Below are positions 23,281 to 33,069 of a stretch of 42,969 bases of DNA, in pieces. The DNA lies in IMG/VR virus record IMGVR_UViG_3300044726_000065, positions 1 to 42,969 of that record; one strand, 5' to 3'. A program made the translations under genes and the position numbers. This stretch comes from a virus. How positions within the stretch are numbered: position 1 is the stretch's first letter; each line of letters begins with the position of its first letter. The notes beneath the pieces are model-generated. The model searched no databases. It was not told the DNA's origin and worked only from the letters and a program-made list of their open reading frames with translations.

Positions 23281-23306
23281 GGGATATTTTTATATCCCTT
23301 TTTTTT
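23281..23306 (+). terminator. Perfect hairpin GGGATAT-tttt-ATATCCC followed by T8 on the plus strand
   Basis: The U-tract exists only for plus-strand (antisense) transcripts. On the minus strand the hairpin is preceded by A8 and followed by ucgguauc. Confidence 0.5.
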
Positions 23307-23598
23307 ATTTAGTCACTACCTTGACATCAGCGACACCATCCTTCACCGCTTCGATAGTTTCACTCTTTACATTTGAAACCACAATTTCAGCCGGAGTTAA
23401 AAAGTTCTTAATCAAATAAGCTATAAGACCACCCGCAGCCAAAAGACCTATCCTTTTCCAATCGAACTCAAATGAACCCGCTTCGATAGATTGATAGATT
23501 ACGTTTAAGACCGGAAGGATAACAGCTACTGCAAGCCCTTTTAAAATATCCCGAAAATTAAGAGTGAATTGTTTTGATGTTGTTACTGTGTTAGACAT
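23305..23598 (-). CDS. Holin-like membrane protein
   Basis: 97 aa with two TM helices (LKGLAVAVILPVLNVIYQSI; IGLLAAGGLIAYLIKNFL). Confidence 0.45.
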   Translation of the reverse strand: MSNTVTTSKQFTLNFRDILKGLAVAVILPVLNVIYQSIEAGSFEFDWKRIGLLAAGGLIAYLIKNFLTPAEIVVSNVKSETIEAVKDGVADVKVVTK

Positions 23599-23612
23599 AA
23601 ATTTTATTTTAA

Positions 23613-24326
23613 TTATTGAATAGGGGGAGCGACTTTCATCGCTACCGTTTGATAACCGTCTTTTCTTTTTACCTCAACCCAATCACCATAAAGCGCACAA
23701 ACCTTGATTAAATACTTTCCTTCGGGTACATCGTTGAAAAAATAAACCCCTTGATAAAACTTCGCCTGAATTGCGCCAAATGAATTTAAGTCTTTAAGTT
23801 GACAATTATAATACCCTTTCATTATTTTCTTAGACTTCCGGTTTGATTCCATTATCCAAACACTTGCACCCTGTTCTAACATCCCGCTTAATGAAATTAC
23901 AAGACTTTTATCGTTTGGTTTTTCTATTTCTATTTTATTAGGAACTCTATCAACTTTAACCGGTTCTCTGAATAACTGATTTTTTAAAACTGCTATTTGG
24001 TTTTCGTAATCGTAAACCTTCTTTCTTAATTCAGCAATCACCTTATCTCTATCATCGGTTTTGTAATCTTCCGACATCATAGCCATCGGGTAAACTTCAA
24101 TTTCCTTTTCAGTAGCTTGTATTTTTTTCTCAAGACTTTTAATTTTGGATTGTGCATCTTTAGCGAAATCGGAAAGTTCGGAAAGATCCACAATTGACAT
24201 TTTCAAACTATCTAAAGCAATACCTACAGAATCATAAAGGGAATTATTAGGCGAAGCCATTACGACTTCTTTATTTTCCATTGAAGAGTTACAGGCTACG
24301 AATATTAATATCCAGATATATCTCAT
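23613..24326 (-). CDS. Lipoprotein with coiled coil and CarboxypepD_reg-like C-terminal beta-sandwich
   Basis: Lipobox MRYIWILIFVAC-NSS. Central coiled coil (KIKSLEKKIQATEKEIE...). C-terminal GVYFFNDVPEGKYLIKV is typical of carboxypeptidase-regulatory-like domains. Confidence 0.55.
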   Translation of the reverse strand: MRYIWILIFVACNSSMENKEVVMASPNNSLYDSVGIALDSLKMSIVDLSELSDFAKDAQSKIKSLEKKIQATEKEIEVYPMAMMSEDYKTDDRDKVIAELRKKVYDYENQIAVLKNQLFREPVKVDRVPNKIEIEKPNDKSLVISLSGMLEQGASVWIMESNRKSKKIMKGYYNCQLKDLNSFGAIQAKFYQGVYFFNDVPEGKYLIKVCALYGDWVEVKRKDGYQTVAMKVAPPIQ

Positions 24327-24628
24327 TTGATTATTCCAAGTTTTCGTAAGGTATTCATTTCCCCCTGTACTTCTTTTAAAGCCCCTAAAACCTCAACCAT
24401 CTTATCTCTTAACTGATCGTTTTCAACCTTTGCCGTGTATGCGTTTGATATTGATGCCGACCTACAATTTTCAAGCTCTTTATCTTGTCTTGCTGAACTC
24501 TTCTTATTACCCGCTTGTATGATCCCAAACAAAACAACAATAGCCAAGAAAGCAACATACATTATTGTTCCTTTAGGGTCATCTTTCAACCCCTGCAAGA
24601 AATCTTTAAATTTGGGTAGTCCTGGCAT
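24323..24628 (-). CDS. Type II membrane protein with coiled coil (i-spanin-like)
   Basis: 101 aa. N-terminal TM IMYVAFLAIVVLFGIIQAG followed by a helical region. 4-nt overlap with the downstream lipoprotein gene. Confidence 0.45.
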   Translation of the reverse strand: MPGLPKFKDFLQGLKDDPKGTIMYVAFLAIVVLFGIIQAGNKKSSARQDKELENCRSASISNAYTAKVENDQLRDKMVEVLGALKEVQGEMNTLRKLGIIK

Positions 24629-25032
24629 TACTGCACTACGTTTGAATAGTTAAAAACCCAATTTGTCCCTACCACACCATTAACAGGAATCAAAGAACCC
24701 GTTGTTACTACTGCCTGATAAAAAGTAGCCGACCCCCACGCCGTATATGTTCCGTTAGCGTTTAAGGTTTCCCCCGATGCTATTGCAATCACGTTACCTG
24801 AAACGCTTAATTGGTTTCCCCATACTAAGTAAACATAAATAACATCAGTTGATCCACCGAAGTCAATCGAAAAAGTTCCGTCTGAATTATGGGTTAATGT
24901 CATGGCAGCAAGAACCGCTTCGGCCTGTGGATTAACCTTTACCTTCTTGGTTTGTTCTTCAGTAACTCCCGTTTCCTTCGTGCAGCTAAATAACGTAATC
25001 GCTATTAGTGCTATGATTATATCTTTTTTCAT
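24628..25032 (-). CDS. Lipoprotein (beta-rich)
   Basis: MKKDIIIALIAITLFSC-TKE lipobox. Ser/Thr/Gly/Val-rich mature part. Confidence 0.55.
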   Translation of the reverse strand: MKKDIIIALIAITLFSCTKETGVTEEQTKKVKVNPQAEAVLAAMTLTHNSDGTFSIDFGGSTDVIYVYLVWGNQLSVSGNVIAIASGETLNANGTYTAWGSATFYQAVVTTGSLIPVNGVVGTNWVFNYSNVVQ

Positions 25033-25559
25033 TAATTTGTTATTATAATTCTTCTGTTCTCTGTGTAGGTTATTTTAACGGTTACAAAATCAACTGCTAT
25101 AACTGATATGCTTGGTATGTAAAATCTCACACCAAAGTCAGCATCATTTATAATGGTAGGCGTAAGTGATGCACTCCAATTATCAACAGTAAAAGTATAA
25201 ACAGTCATTGCCCCGGCTATGTTTTCAAACTTATCCGCCCCTATTAAAGCCCCTGTATCGTCTTGTAATTGTGCATGAAATTGTTGGCCCCCAAAAGCAG
25301 AAGATGCTTCTGCTCTTACAGTAACACTATTAATGGTCGCTCCCGCCGGAATACTAAATCCAAATCCACTTGCAATTAAGTAATGTGATTGCGACCCTGT
25401 ACTAAGGTCTGCATTAGCACCATCGTCTGCTGTTATATTACCGGGGTTAGTCCAGTTATCAGCACCTCCAGCCCTATTAGCAATTGACCCAACCGTTGGA
25501 AATACATTCCCTGTATCTAGGAAGAAAACAAAAAACAATATTGATATTAATATTCTCAT
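25032..25559 (-). CDS. Secreted or tail-associated beta-rich protein
   Basis: 175 aa with hydrophobic N-terminus MRILISILFFVFFLDTG. Start and stop are coupled with both neighbours. Confidence 0.5.
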   Translation of the reverse strand: MRILISILFFVFFLDTGNVFPTVGSIANRAGGADNWTNPGNITADDGANADLSTGSQSHYLIASGFGFSIPAGATINSVTVRAEASSAFGGQQFHAQLQDDTGALIGADKFENIAGAMTVYTFTVDNWSASLTPTIINDADFGVRFYIPSISVIAVDFVTVKITYTENRRIIITN

Positions 25560-28198
25560 TAGTCCTCAGTATAGTTTATAGTTAACGCAATTGATCGTAT
25601 TGTACCACTTGCCGCATTTGTGTAAATCCAAATAAACGAACCCGCCGGAATAGTAGCATCATTGAACCCAGACGAATTACTACAACCTGTAGTTATAGAG
25701 GTACAAGTTATATCCGAAGTAAAAACTGCCGTAGGACTTTGTATGCTTGTCCCAAAACCGATATTATAAGTTACGGATGGCGTTGTTCCCCTTAATACCG
25801 CCTTTAATGATGTAATTGTAATTGCTACAGGAGTTTGCCAAACATCTACAGTATCGGCTGAAGTGGGCAACGCTATGAATACACCTTTTGATATTGTTCT
25901 TCTCAAAGCGGCCAAACTATCAAGACCTTTTTGCCTCCACGCTCTTGTTGATATTGTTAAGGTATCAATAACTCCCCCCGCCGTCTTCCTCACCAACTTC
26001 CCAAACGTAGGAGAACTTGCAACCGTATCTATCCCCAAATGAACTATTCCCGCACTTGAATTGTAAGGTATCTTTTCTGATAAATAAACCGAATCCAGTA
26101 AAGTAGTTCTTGAAGATTCAACAGTTACTTTATTTGTAGCACCCGATTGAAGTCTTAAAGTGCTTGCTGATATATTTAACGGAATCCACGAACTCCCGAA
26201 ATCATAACCATATATAAACCCCGTTCCACCTGACTCCTGAATGTGTACAGCGTTCCCGTTTGTTGGATTTCCTAAGTCACCAAAGACAGACATTCCACCG
26301 TTATTAGTTACATTCCAAACTGTCGTATTTGAATTAGTTGTTACTTTTAAAGCGTCAACCGTTTGCCCTGAAGAAAGTTTTAAGTTTAAATTGTTTTCTC
26401 CTGTTGCTTGACTTTCTATTAAAACCCTGTTGTTAGTATTGCCTACTTCAAAACCCGTAGCACCACCAAAGGCCCCGTTGTTATTATACTGCACCTGTCT
26501 GTTACTTCCAGCTACTGCCGCAGCCTCTCCTTTATAAGCCAAAGGACGAGCAGCACCAACGCTATCAATAGCCCACGGCCTACCGCCTGACCAAAAAAAC
26601 GTCCTCGTTGTCCCTGCGAAAACCGGAAAGGAAGGAAACACATCTACCACCGCATCGAATATATGTTCATGTCCCTGATCCGTTGGGTGTATATGGTCAG
26701 CAATATCTAAATCACCACTTGCTGTTGTATTTACATAAAAGTCATTCGTCCTTGCTACATAAACCGGATACCCCGCAGGAAACGTAGCAACTAAAGAATC
26801 TATTTTAGCGTTCACTAAATCTATCACCCAATCACTTGCGCCCGCTGGTGAAGTAGCGTAACCTGTAGCATCGATTTTCGGAGCGTGAAAAATTACAAGA
26901 GGATAGGTATCGTTAATATCACGAAGCACACCAAAGTAATCTATAAGCATTGGCCGTAGGTTTTGCTTGTTTACCAACTTTAATTCATGTACTCCATAAG
27001 TAAGGCCGGAAAAAATTATTCCACCCGGAATTAATTCATTACTGTTTGCGCCATCACTTATATTATCTGTTCCCCTGCTTAAATCCACACTGTATTGTAA
27101 AACATTATCAAGGTAGACCTCAGCATTGTTTGTGTAAACTGATGAAATACCATCACTATATAAAGGTGAAGCAACAATACTTGTTCCGGTAGCAGTAAAT
27201 TTAATTGTGTCGTTTAATACTGCCGTAAACGCTGCGTTTGTTGTTTTACCACCTCCTGCAGTAGCATCAACTCCTGTGGTAAACGTCCCAACCCTTACCA
27301 CATTTGCCCCATTTCCAGCACCTTCGTAGTATTTTAAATTATGATTAATAAATAAAGCCTTGAGCGCATTAATTATTTTATTTTGCGTTTTTCTGTAAGT
27401 AAGTGCATTTGTTGTGTCTGTTCTTCTTCCATCATTAAATCCAAACATTGCAAATAACATCTTTGTGTGACCCGGATTCTCAGCAGCATTGGCCTCCAGA
27501 ATTGACCTATAAGCACCTCTTCCGCTTACTGCTTTATTATCCATTGTTAAACCGTAATAAGCTGTTGCCCGTTCTGGGTACGAATTTCCCGCAGTTGCAT
27601 TAGCCCCTGCTGTAATTGAGTTACCTACAAATAGCCCAGAATCAGGACGGGAAAAAATTAAAGTGTTTGTAAACTTTACCGAATCATGCCCCCATGTTCC
27701 CCCTGTGATCGTTTGAGTAAATCCGTTTAAATCTAAAGTGTGATTTGCTGTTGATGTTAGATTTGAGTTACTGATATTATTTCCGGGTACTGTTCCCCAT
27801 GCCGGTATTCCTCCAGTAAACGTTAATACATCACCTTCACCACCTGCCGGTAATCTTGTAGGAACTCCCGAAGCTCCGCCTCTTATCATGTCACCTACAT
27901 CTATCATAGGGTTTGAAAACCCACCACTACCAACCGTTATCCATCTTTTAGGATTACAAGCTCTGTAGTAAAGAGAATCTTTAGTATAGGAAAAAAACAT
28001 CGCCCCGCAGGTATCAACCGTTAATCTGTGTAAATTAGCCTGAACCGTATCTGTGTATCTTGGTACATAAAAAACAGAATCCACCATAAGTTTTCCTTGA
28101 ATCCTTTCCCTAACTATTCTTACTTGAAACCCCGTTGGAACCTGACCAAAAGAATTTATCCCTATCAAAACCAATATTGCGAAAAGTATCTTTTTCAT
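25559..28198 (-). CDS. Tail fibre/receptor-binding-like protein with an internal SGNH (GDSL-like) esterase domain
   Basis: 879 aa. SGNH blocks are LFVGNSITAG (block I, Ser nucleophile), FAMFGFNDG (block III) and DIADHIHPTDQGH (block V, DxxH). The N-terminus MKKILFAILVLIGINSFGQ looks like a Sec signal. Located downstream of baseplate-like genes. Confidence 0.6.
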   Translation of the reverse strand: MKKILFAILVLIGINSFGQVPTGFQVRIVRERIQGKLMVDSVFYVPRYTDTVQANLHRLTVDTCGAMFFSYTKDSLYYRACNPKRWITVGSGGFSNPMIDVGDMIRGGASGVPTRLPAGGEGDVLTFTGGIPAWGTVPGNNISNSNLTSTANHTLDLNGFTQTITGGTWGHDSVKFTNTLIFSRPDSGLFVGNSITAGANATAGNSYPERATAYYGLTMDNKAVSGRGAYRSILEANAAENPGHTKMLFAMFGFNDGRRTDTTNALTYRKTQNKIINALKALFINHNLKYYEGAGNGANVVRVGTFTTGVDATAGGGKTTNAAFTAVLNDTIKFTATGTSIVASPLYSDGISSVYTNNAEVYLDNVLQYSVDLSRGTDNISDGANSNELIPGGIIFSGLTYGVHELKLVNKQNLRPMLIDYFGVLRDINDTYPLVIFHAPKIDATGYATSPAGASDWVIDLVNAKIDSLVATFPAGYPVYVARTNDFYVNTTASGDLDIADHIHPTDQGHEHIFDAVVDVFPSFPVFAGTTRTFFWSGGRPWAIDSVGAARPLAYKGEAAAVAGSNRQVQYNNNGAFGGATGFEVGNTNNRVLIESQATGENNLNLKLSSGQTVDALKVTTNSNTTVWNVTNNGGMSVFGDLGNPTNGNAVHIQESGGTGFIYGYDFGSSWIPLNISASTLRLQSGATNKVTVESSRTTLLDSVYLSEKIPYNSSAGIVHLGIDTVASSPTFGKLVRKTAGGVIDTLTISTRAWRQKGLDSLAALRRTISKGVFIALPTSADTVDVWQTPVAITITSLKAVLRGTTPSVTYNIGFGTSIQSPTAVFTSDITCTSITTGCSNSSGFNDATIPAGSFIWIYTNAASGTIRSIALTINYTED

Positions 28199-28446
28199 AC
28201 TGTTACTTTATAAAGTATTCTAATTTTTTCACTACCCATAAAAGGGAAACTTGTCCCGAATGAGATCCTTGTCGGCGGAACAAAAGTCCAATCAGTACCG
28301 TCCAAAGCATTTAAAAGAACAAAAGGGGAATAATCTTTTTGCTCCCCTTGTCTAAAAACACCAAGTATCTGAACAACACTTAGCCCTGTGTTCACAGATA
28401 CGCTTCCGCTACTTCCCGTTACCGTTTTACTTCTTAATAAGTCCAT
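28195..28446 (-). CDS. Hypothetical tail-module protein
   Basis: 83-aa ORF coupled on both sides within the tail module. Confidence 0.45.
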   Translation of the reverse strand: MDLLRSKTVTGSSGSVSVNTGLSVVQILGVFRQGEQKDYSPFVLLNALDGTDWTFVPPTRISFGTSFPFMGSEKIRILYKVTV

Positions 28447-29105
28447 AGTACATACATTCTTTGCCCGTCAATAGTTGTCCCCGCATCCGGTGTGATCGTT
28501 CCCGTTCCTGAATTAAACGAATAAGGTAAACCTATACTCAATTGCTCTGAACCCTCCCGACAAACTAATTTAATATTATCCGAAGTTAAACCAATCCAAT
28601 CATTGTCCTGAATCACCCCACCGGCCACAGTATAAGAATCACTTGTTACACTTGAACCCGCAAGGGTAGGATCTACCAAAGCCGTTGAGGTATAATCACC
28701 CCAGCTTCTTAATCTAATATCGTAAGTGCTATTCCCTTCAGCAGGGCCTGCAATACTTAACGTCTCAATGAAGAAATTCCCTCTTATGCTCACATCGTTC
28801 CCTTCGTTATTAGTATAAACAATTTCTAAATCTTGTACGTCATCAACTTGGTCTTCGTGAAGTAAGTAAAAAACAGAAACATCGCCATCGTTCTCTGAAG
28901 TCGAAGCGCCGGAAATATTTACAAAGAACTCTTTTAGTCTTGGCCTTACTTCTTTGAACTTTCCCGAATCAGGCGTAGTAGCCCCTATTAATTCCTTCTG
29001 AAGCTCAAATACAACATCAGTCCCGCAGACTATTTCAAACATCTGTGCTTCGATGTATTTAAACACATGAACATTTTTCCCTTGTATTAATAGCCCGTTT
29101 CTCAT
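28434..29105 (-). CDS. Hypothetical tail/baseplate protein
   Basis: 223-aa ORF in the tail module. No motif recognised. Confidence 0.5.
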   Translation of the reverse strand: MRNGLLIQGKNVHVFKYIEAQMFEIVCGTDVVFELQKELIGATTPDSGKFKEVRPRLKEFFVNISGASTSENDGDVSVFYLLHEDQVDDVQDLEIVYTNNEGNDVSIRGNFFIETLSIAGPAEGNSTYDIRLRSWGDYTSTALVDPTLAGSSVTSDSYTVAGGVIQDNDWIGLTSDNIKLVCREGSEQLSIGLPYSFNSGTGTITPDAGTTIDGQRMYVLWTY

Positions 29106-31177
29106 CTTATGTACTTAAAGTTTAAAAACGTTGGATCGGTAGCACCCGAATAAAGCCTATCCCCTGCTGAATAACTTGTCTCCACGAAAACCCCTACCCA
29201 TCCACAATTACCGAAATTCATTTCTCTTATACTTGTTAGCATGAAATATTTATTATCCTGATCTCCGTGTTTTATAAACCACCGATTTATTAAAGACGGA
29301 ATACTATCTGTCAGTCCTTGTACGTTAGACTCGATTACCGTTCTTGTTAGCCGATAAGTATTATACCATTGATAACCTATGAATCTTGAAAGCGTTCCAC
29401 CTATGTCTGACAGAACAAAAATATCATTGAAGTTCTGCCATGATTCAGTTAATACATAGTCACCACCAGAGAATTTCTTTAAAGCCCCTTTATATAAAGG
29501 ATGTGGTGATTCACCGATATAAAATTGCTTTTCTAATGTTTTACCACCAGAATAACCTACTTGAGTTTCTTGACCTTCTAAAACACCATAAGATCCGTCT
29601 ATTATTGGATATATTTTAAACTTCAGATTACTAAAATGAGTTTGAAATTCATCTGGTTTCTTAGTTTGATGTAACAGAATAGTTATATACCCATCTTGAG
29701 GGATAGCGGATTTCATCTCATCAAAAGTAATCCCAACACTATTCCATATAGTATCATCATCAGAACCGTCATACCCTCTGTCAAAATATTTATTATTTGT
29801 TGCCCATGTAACATCAGAGGCCACCCAATAATCTAATGGGTCGAAACCTTGAGGGTCTGGAGCATGGAAAGTCCAATAAGTATTATCATCCGCATAAAGA
29901 CGAATTTGCGCTACCCTGTAACTACCAATACCGGCAGCCGTTTCTACTTGCCCATCATGTCTTATATCTACCGAAAAATCAAACTTATCAAATTGCTTTA
30001 CAGGTATTGGCTGACTTTCAATGTAGTACTGTAAGTTAGTAGGCTGAACCTCAAAAACAAAATATCGTTCTGTCTCTTGTCCACCTTGTAGAACAACTTT
30101 TATATAAGAAGTCCCATCATTGGTTACATCCGGCGGCCCCTTGTGAAAAGTCCAACATTCAGGATCGTATGTTTTTAACGTAGGAGTATTTGTTATTAAA
30201 TCACCTCTAAGAAAATCAGCATTACACGGAATGTCTTTTGGTTGTTCAAATTTATAAATGTGCCTTACTGCATTATACTTATGCTGAAACCTTCTTTGCG
30301 CAGAATCAAAACTTAAATAATGCCCTTCGTAATCTGGTGTCTGATCGCTTGCAATATTTCTATCTACATCTACCAAAGAATACCCCCCGAATGTAGAAAG
30401 ACCATCAAAAGCAAATTCAGCAAATCGTAAAGTAGTTACTGAACCTGTGGAATCATCCCACTCATCCCAACGAATAATATAGTAAGCCGAATTATCAAAA
30501 GTTATAAAACAACCTAAAGCATCAAGTATCTTTTCTAAGACTGTATAACAATCGTCTCTTTTGTTAACGTCCGTTTCAAAAGTTAACGCCTCCAAATAAG
30601 TATCTATGAAAGCATGAGAAGTTACAGGATCGGTATCTAATTCGTAAAGATTGAACGCTACAAACATCGGTAACTCATCGTAGTTAATATGCCTTAAACA
30701 TAAATAGATGTAATCTATTATTCTATAATGTCCTCTTGGAATATCACCGTCTGATTCAGTAAGTTCAATTTGTTTCAAAGCACCGAATCCGTCACCACAA
30801 ATCAATTGAACAGGATTAGGTCTTGGTTGAAACGCCTCTGTAATATCATCCTTAATCAAATTCCCAATAAAAGGAATTGAACCATCGTCCATTATTATCC
30901 TTCCCTGCCAATCAACATCGTCTTCAGCAAATACCTCCGCCGTATCCGGATTGAACGGGTCTGAAACATCCGAATTAAAAATTATACTTAATGCCCGTCC
31001 TCTTACTGATTTTGTTTTGTCCTCATCCTGGTCAACGGTTTCAAGTATCGCCACAGGATCTGCACCTTGCATTTCAATTAAAGTGTCTTCAGGTTCAGAT
31101 TGTAAACGTTTAAGTTCTATCCGAAGGTCTTTTAATTCAAAGTTTTTCCAGTCGATATATCGTGTAGTAAATGGCAT
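29102..31177 (-). CDS. Large tail tip/baseplate protein (putative)
   Basis: 691-aa ORF immediately downstream of the tape measure gene (ATG overlaps its stop). The call is based on position. Confidence 0.5.
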   Translation of the reverse strand: MPFTTRYIDWKNFELKDLRIELKRLQSEPEDTLIEMQGADPVAILETVDQDEDKTKSVRGRALSIIFNSDVSDPFNPDTAEVFAEDDVDWQGRIIMDDGSIPFIGNLIKDDITEAFQPRPNPVQLICGDGFGALKQIELTESDGDIPRGHYRIIDYIYLCLRHINYDELPMFVAFNLYELDTDPVTSHAFIDTYLEALTFETDVNKRDDCYTVLEKILDALGCFITFDNSAYYIIRWDEWDDSTGSVTTLRFAEFAFDGLSTFGGYSLVDVDRNIASDQTPDYEGHYLSFDSAQRRFQHKYNAVRHIYKFEQPKDIPCNADFLRGDLITNTPTLKTYDPECWTFHKGPPDVTNDGTSYIKVVLQGGQETERYFVFEVQPTNLQYYIESQPIPVKQFDKFDFSVDIRHDGQVETAAGIGSYRVAQIRLYADDNTYWTFHAPDPQGFDPLDYWVASDVTWATNNKYFDRGYDGSDDDTIWNSVGITFDEMKSAIPQDGYITILLHQTKKPDEFQTHFSNLKFKIYPIIDGSYGVLEGQETQVGYSGGKTLEKQFYIGESPHPLYKGALKKFSGGDYVLTESWQNFNDIFVLSDIGGTLSRFIGYQWYNTYRLTRTVIESNVQGLTDSIPSLINRWFIKHGDQDNKYFMLTSIREMNFGNCGWVGVFVETSYSAGDRLYSGATDPTFLNFKYIR

Positions 31178-33069
31178 TACCCTCCTCTTTGACTTGAAAT
31201 GGCAGCCCTTTGACCGGCTAAATTAATTGTTGAACCTGAAATTTGACCTGTAACAACTACTTGTAAAGTGTTCTGAAAACTCCTGTTACCTATTGCGCCA
31301 CCTAATCCAAAGTTTGCAGAACCTCCTCTTCCAAAGCCTCCTATTAATCCACCAAGCCCACCAACAGCACCACCGCCACCTAACGCAGCCGTCACAGCAC
31401 GAAGAATAAACATCTTTGCAATAGCTTTAATAGTATCTACAACTAAAGCCTTAACCGATTCTCCTAACGCTTTAAATACGTTCTTACCTTCTAATATCGC
31501 ATCGAATACATTATTAAAAGCACTTGACAACCCTTCACTAACAGAAGCCGTTAAAGTATCTAACACTAATTTCATGTTGGCGAATTGCTGTGTAGCTTTT
31601 GCTATTCCTTCAGTAAGATTTGTGAAATCTATATTTGCAAAAGCCTTTACCCCTAAGTTACCAAACGTATCTTCAAACTGTTGTTTCAGTTTTAGTTTCT
31701 CATCAATTAGTTTTGTATTATTCAAACTTAAAGACGGATCAATTACAATATCAACAGGAACACCGCTTTCACTAAAGAATCTTTTAGTTAAATCATCCAG
31801 TTGCTCTTTTGATAACGGAGTAATTCCATCTGATAGAAATTCAATCTCAGGAGTAACAGGAATCTTTATTTTTAAATTACCCTTCGCAGCATTTTCTAAT
31901 AATTTCTTAGCATCGGGTAATAATTGTTTTACACCTCTGAAAAACGTTTCTTCCAAATCAGGAACAACAAACACATCACCGAACTCCTTAACGAATTGTC
32001 TTGCTCTTGCTAAAATATCATTCGTTTGATCCTTGATGTCTGGAATAGGTGGCGGCTTTATTTTCAAAGCAATAAGAACCTGTTTATTTATCTCATCAGA
32101 AAGGCTATTGAATTGCGTTTTTAATCCACCTAACGCCGCAGCAGATTTTTGTAGTTTTTTGTTTAACCCTTCATAACTACTACTAAGGTCATTAACACTT
32201 GATGCTTGTTGGTCTGCTGCTTGTTCACCCCTTACAGCCTTTACGCTATAATTATTAACAGCTTTACTTGCGGCAGTTGTTTTTGCAGTTAAATCGTTAT
32301 ACTCTTTTGTAGCTGCTCTTATTTGTTTTGCTAACTCAGAAATTTCATCCTGTAAACCTTTAACAATCGCTTGCGTTATTAAAGACTGTGTATAGTTATT
32401 TGCTGCAATGGTTATATCTTCAAAAGAAGATTTCCCCGCCTGTAACCCGCCAAAAAATTCTTTATTTATTTTTTTTAGTTCAGCTATTGCAGCCCCTTGA
32501 ATCTTTAACGAATTACCAGTATCTGTAGCCGCCTTTACCAATGCCCCTACATTTGCAATATCCCCCTGCACAGAATCAGTAGCATCTCCTATTACTTCAA
32601 AGGATGATTTTATTGCTCTTGCAGCTTCTGCGGTTTTTTTACCAGCACCAAATAACTTATCTCCGAAAACTATTAATAAAGACGATGCAACAGATAAAGC
32701 CAATCCTAAACCACCCGCACCAAGTAAAGAAGAACCCAAAGCCTTTAACGCTGTCTTGGTTGATCCGCTTTCCGCTTTTAATCTTTGAAATGATTCAAGT
32801 AAAGGGTTTAAGTTATTAGCTATTCCTAAAAACCCAAAAGGTAAATCTTGTGCAACCCTTCCGATATTTGACAAAGCTAATGTTGCGCTGTTAGCAGTAT
32901 TAGGAACCTTAGCTAATGCCGCCGTTGCTTGCTGTGTACCTTTCGCAACGTTAGCCCCAAATGACTTAGCAGAATTTTCAGTATTCTTAAAACTTTTTTC
33001 AAGCTGTTTCAGGCCCCCCATCGCCTTTACAACATCCGCATCAATTACTATTTTTAGTTGTTCTGCCAC
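31177..33069 (-). CDS. Tail tape measure protein
   Basis: 630 aa, Ala/Lys/Leu-rich helical with a Gly-rich hydrophobic C-terminal part (GGGGAVGGLGGLIGGFGRGG). Canonical position after the tail chaperone genes. Confidence 0.8.
   Translation of the reverse strand: MAEQLKIVIDADVVKAMGGLKQLEKSFKNTENSAKSFGANVAKGTQQATAALAKVPNTANSATLALSNIGRVAQDLPFGFLGIANNLNPLLESFQRLKAESGSTKTALKALGSSLLGAGGLGLALSVASSLLIVFGDKLFGAGKKTAEAARAIKSSFEVIGDATDSVQGDIANVGALVKAATDTGNSLKIQGAAIAELKKINKEFFGGLQAGKSSFEDITIAANNYTQSLITQAIVKGLQDEISELAKQIRAATKEYNDLTAKTTAASKAVNNYSVKAVRGEQAADQQASSVNDLSSSYEGLNKKLQKSAAALGGLKTQFNSLSDEINKQVLIALKIKPPPIPDIKDQTNDILARARQFVKEFGDVFVVPDLEETFFRGVKQLLPDAKKLLENAAKGNLKIKIPVTPEIEFLSDGITPLSKEQLDDLTKRFFSESGVPVDIVIDPSLSLNNTKLIDEKLKLKQQFEDTFGNLGVKAFANIDFTNLTEGIAKATQQFANMKLVLDTLTASVSEGLSSAFNNVFDAILEGKNVFKALGESVKALVVDTIKAIAKMFILRAVTAALGGGGAVGGLGGLIGGFGRGGSANFGLGGAIGNRSFQNTLQVVVTGQISGSTINLAGQRAAISSQRGG

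Noticed and set aside
31574-32029. 151-aa plus-strand ORF antisense to the tape measure gene
   Set aside because: Ser/Phe/Asn-rich antisense artefact inside a long, compositionally biased gene.
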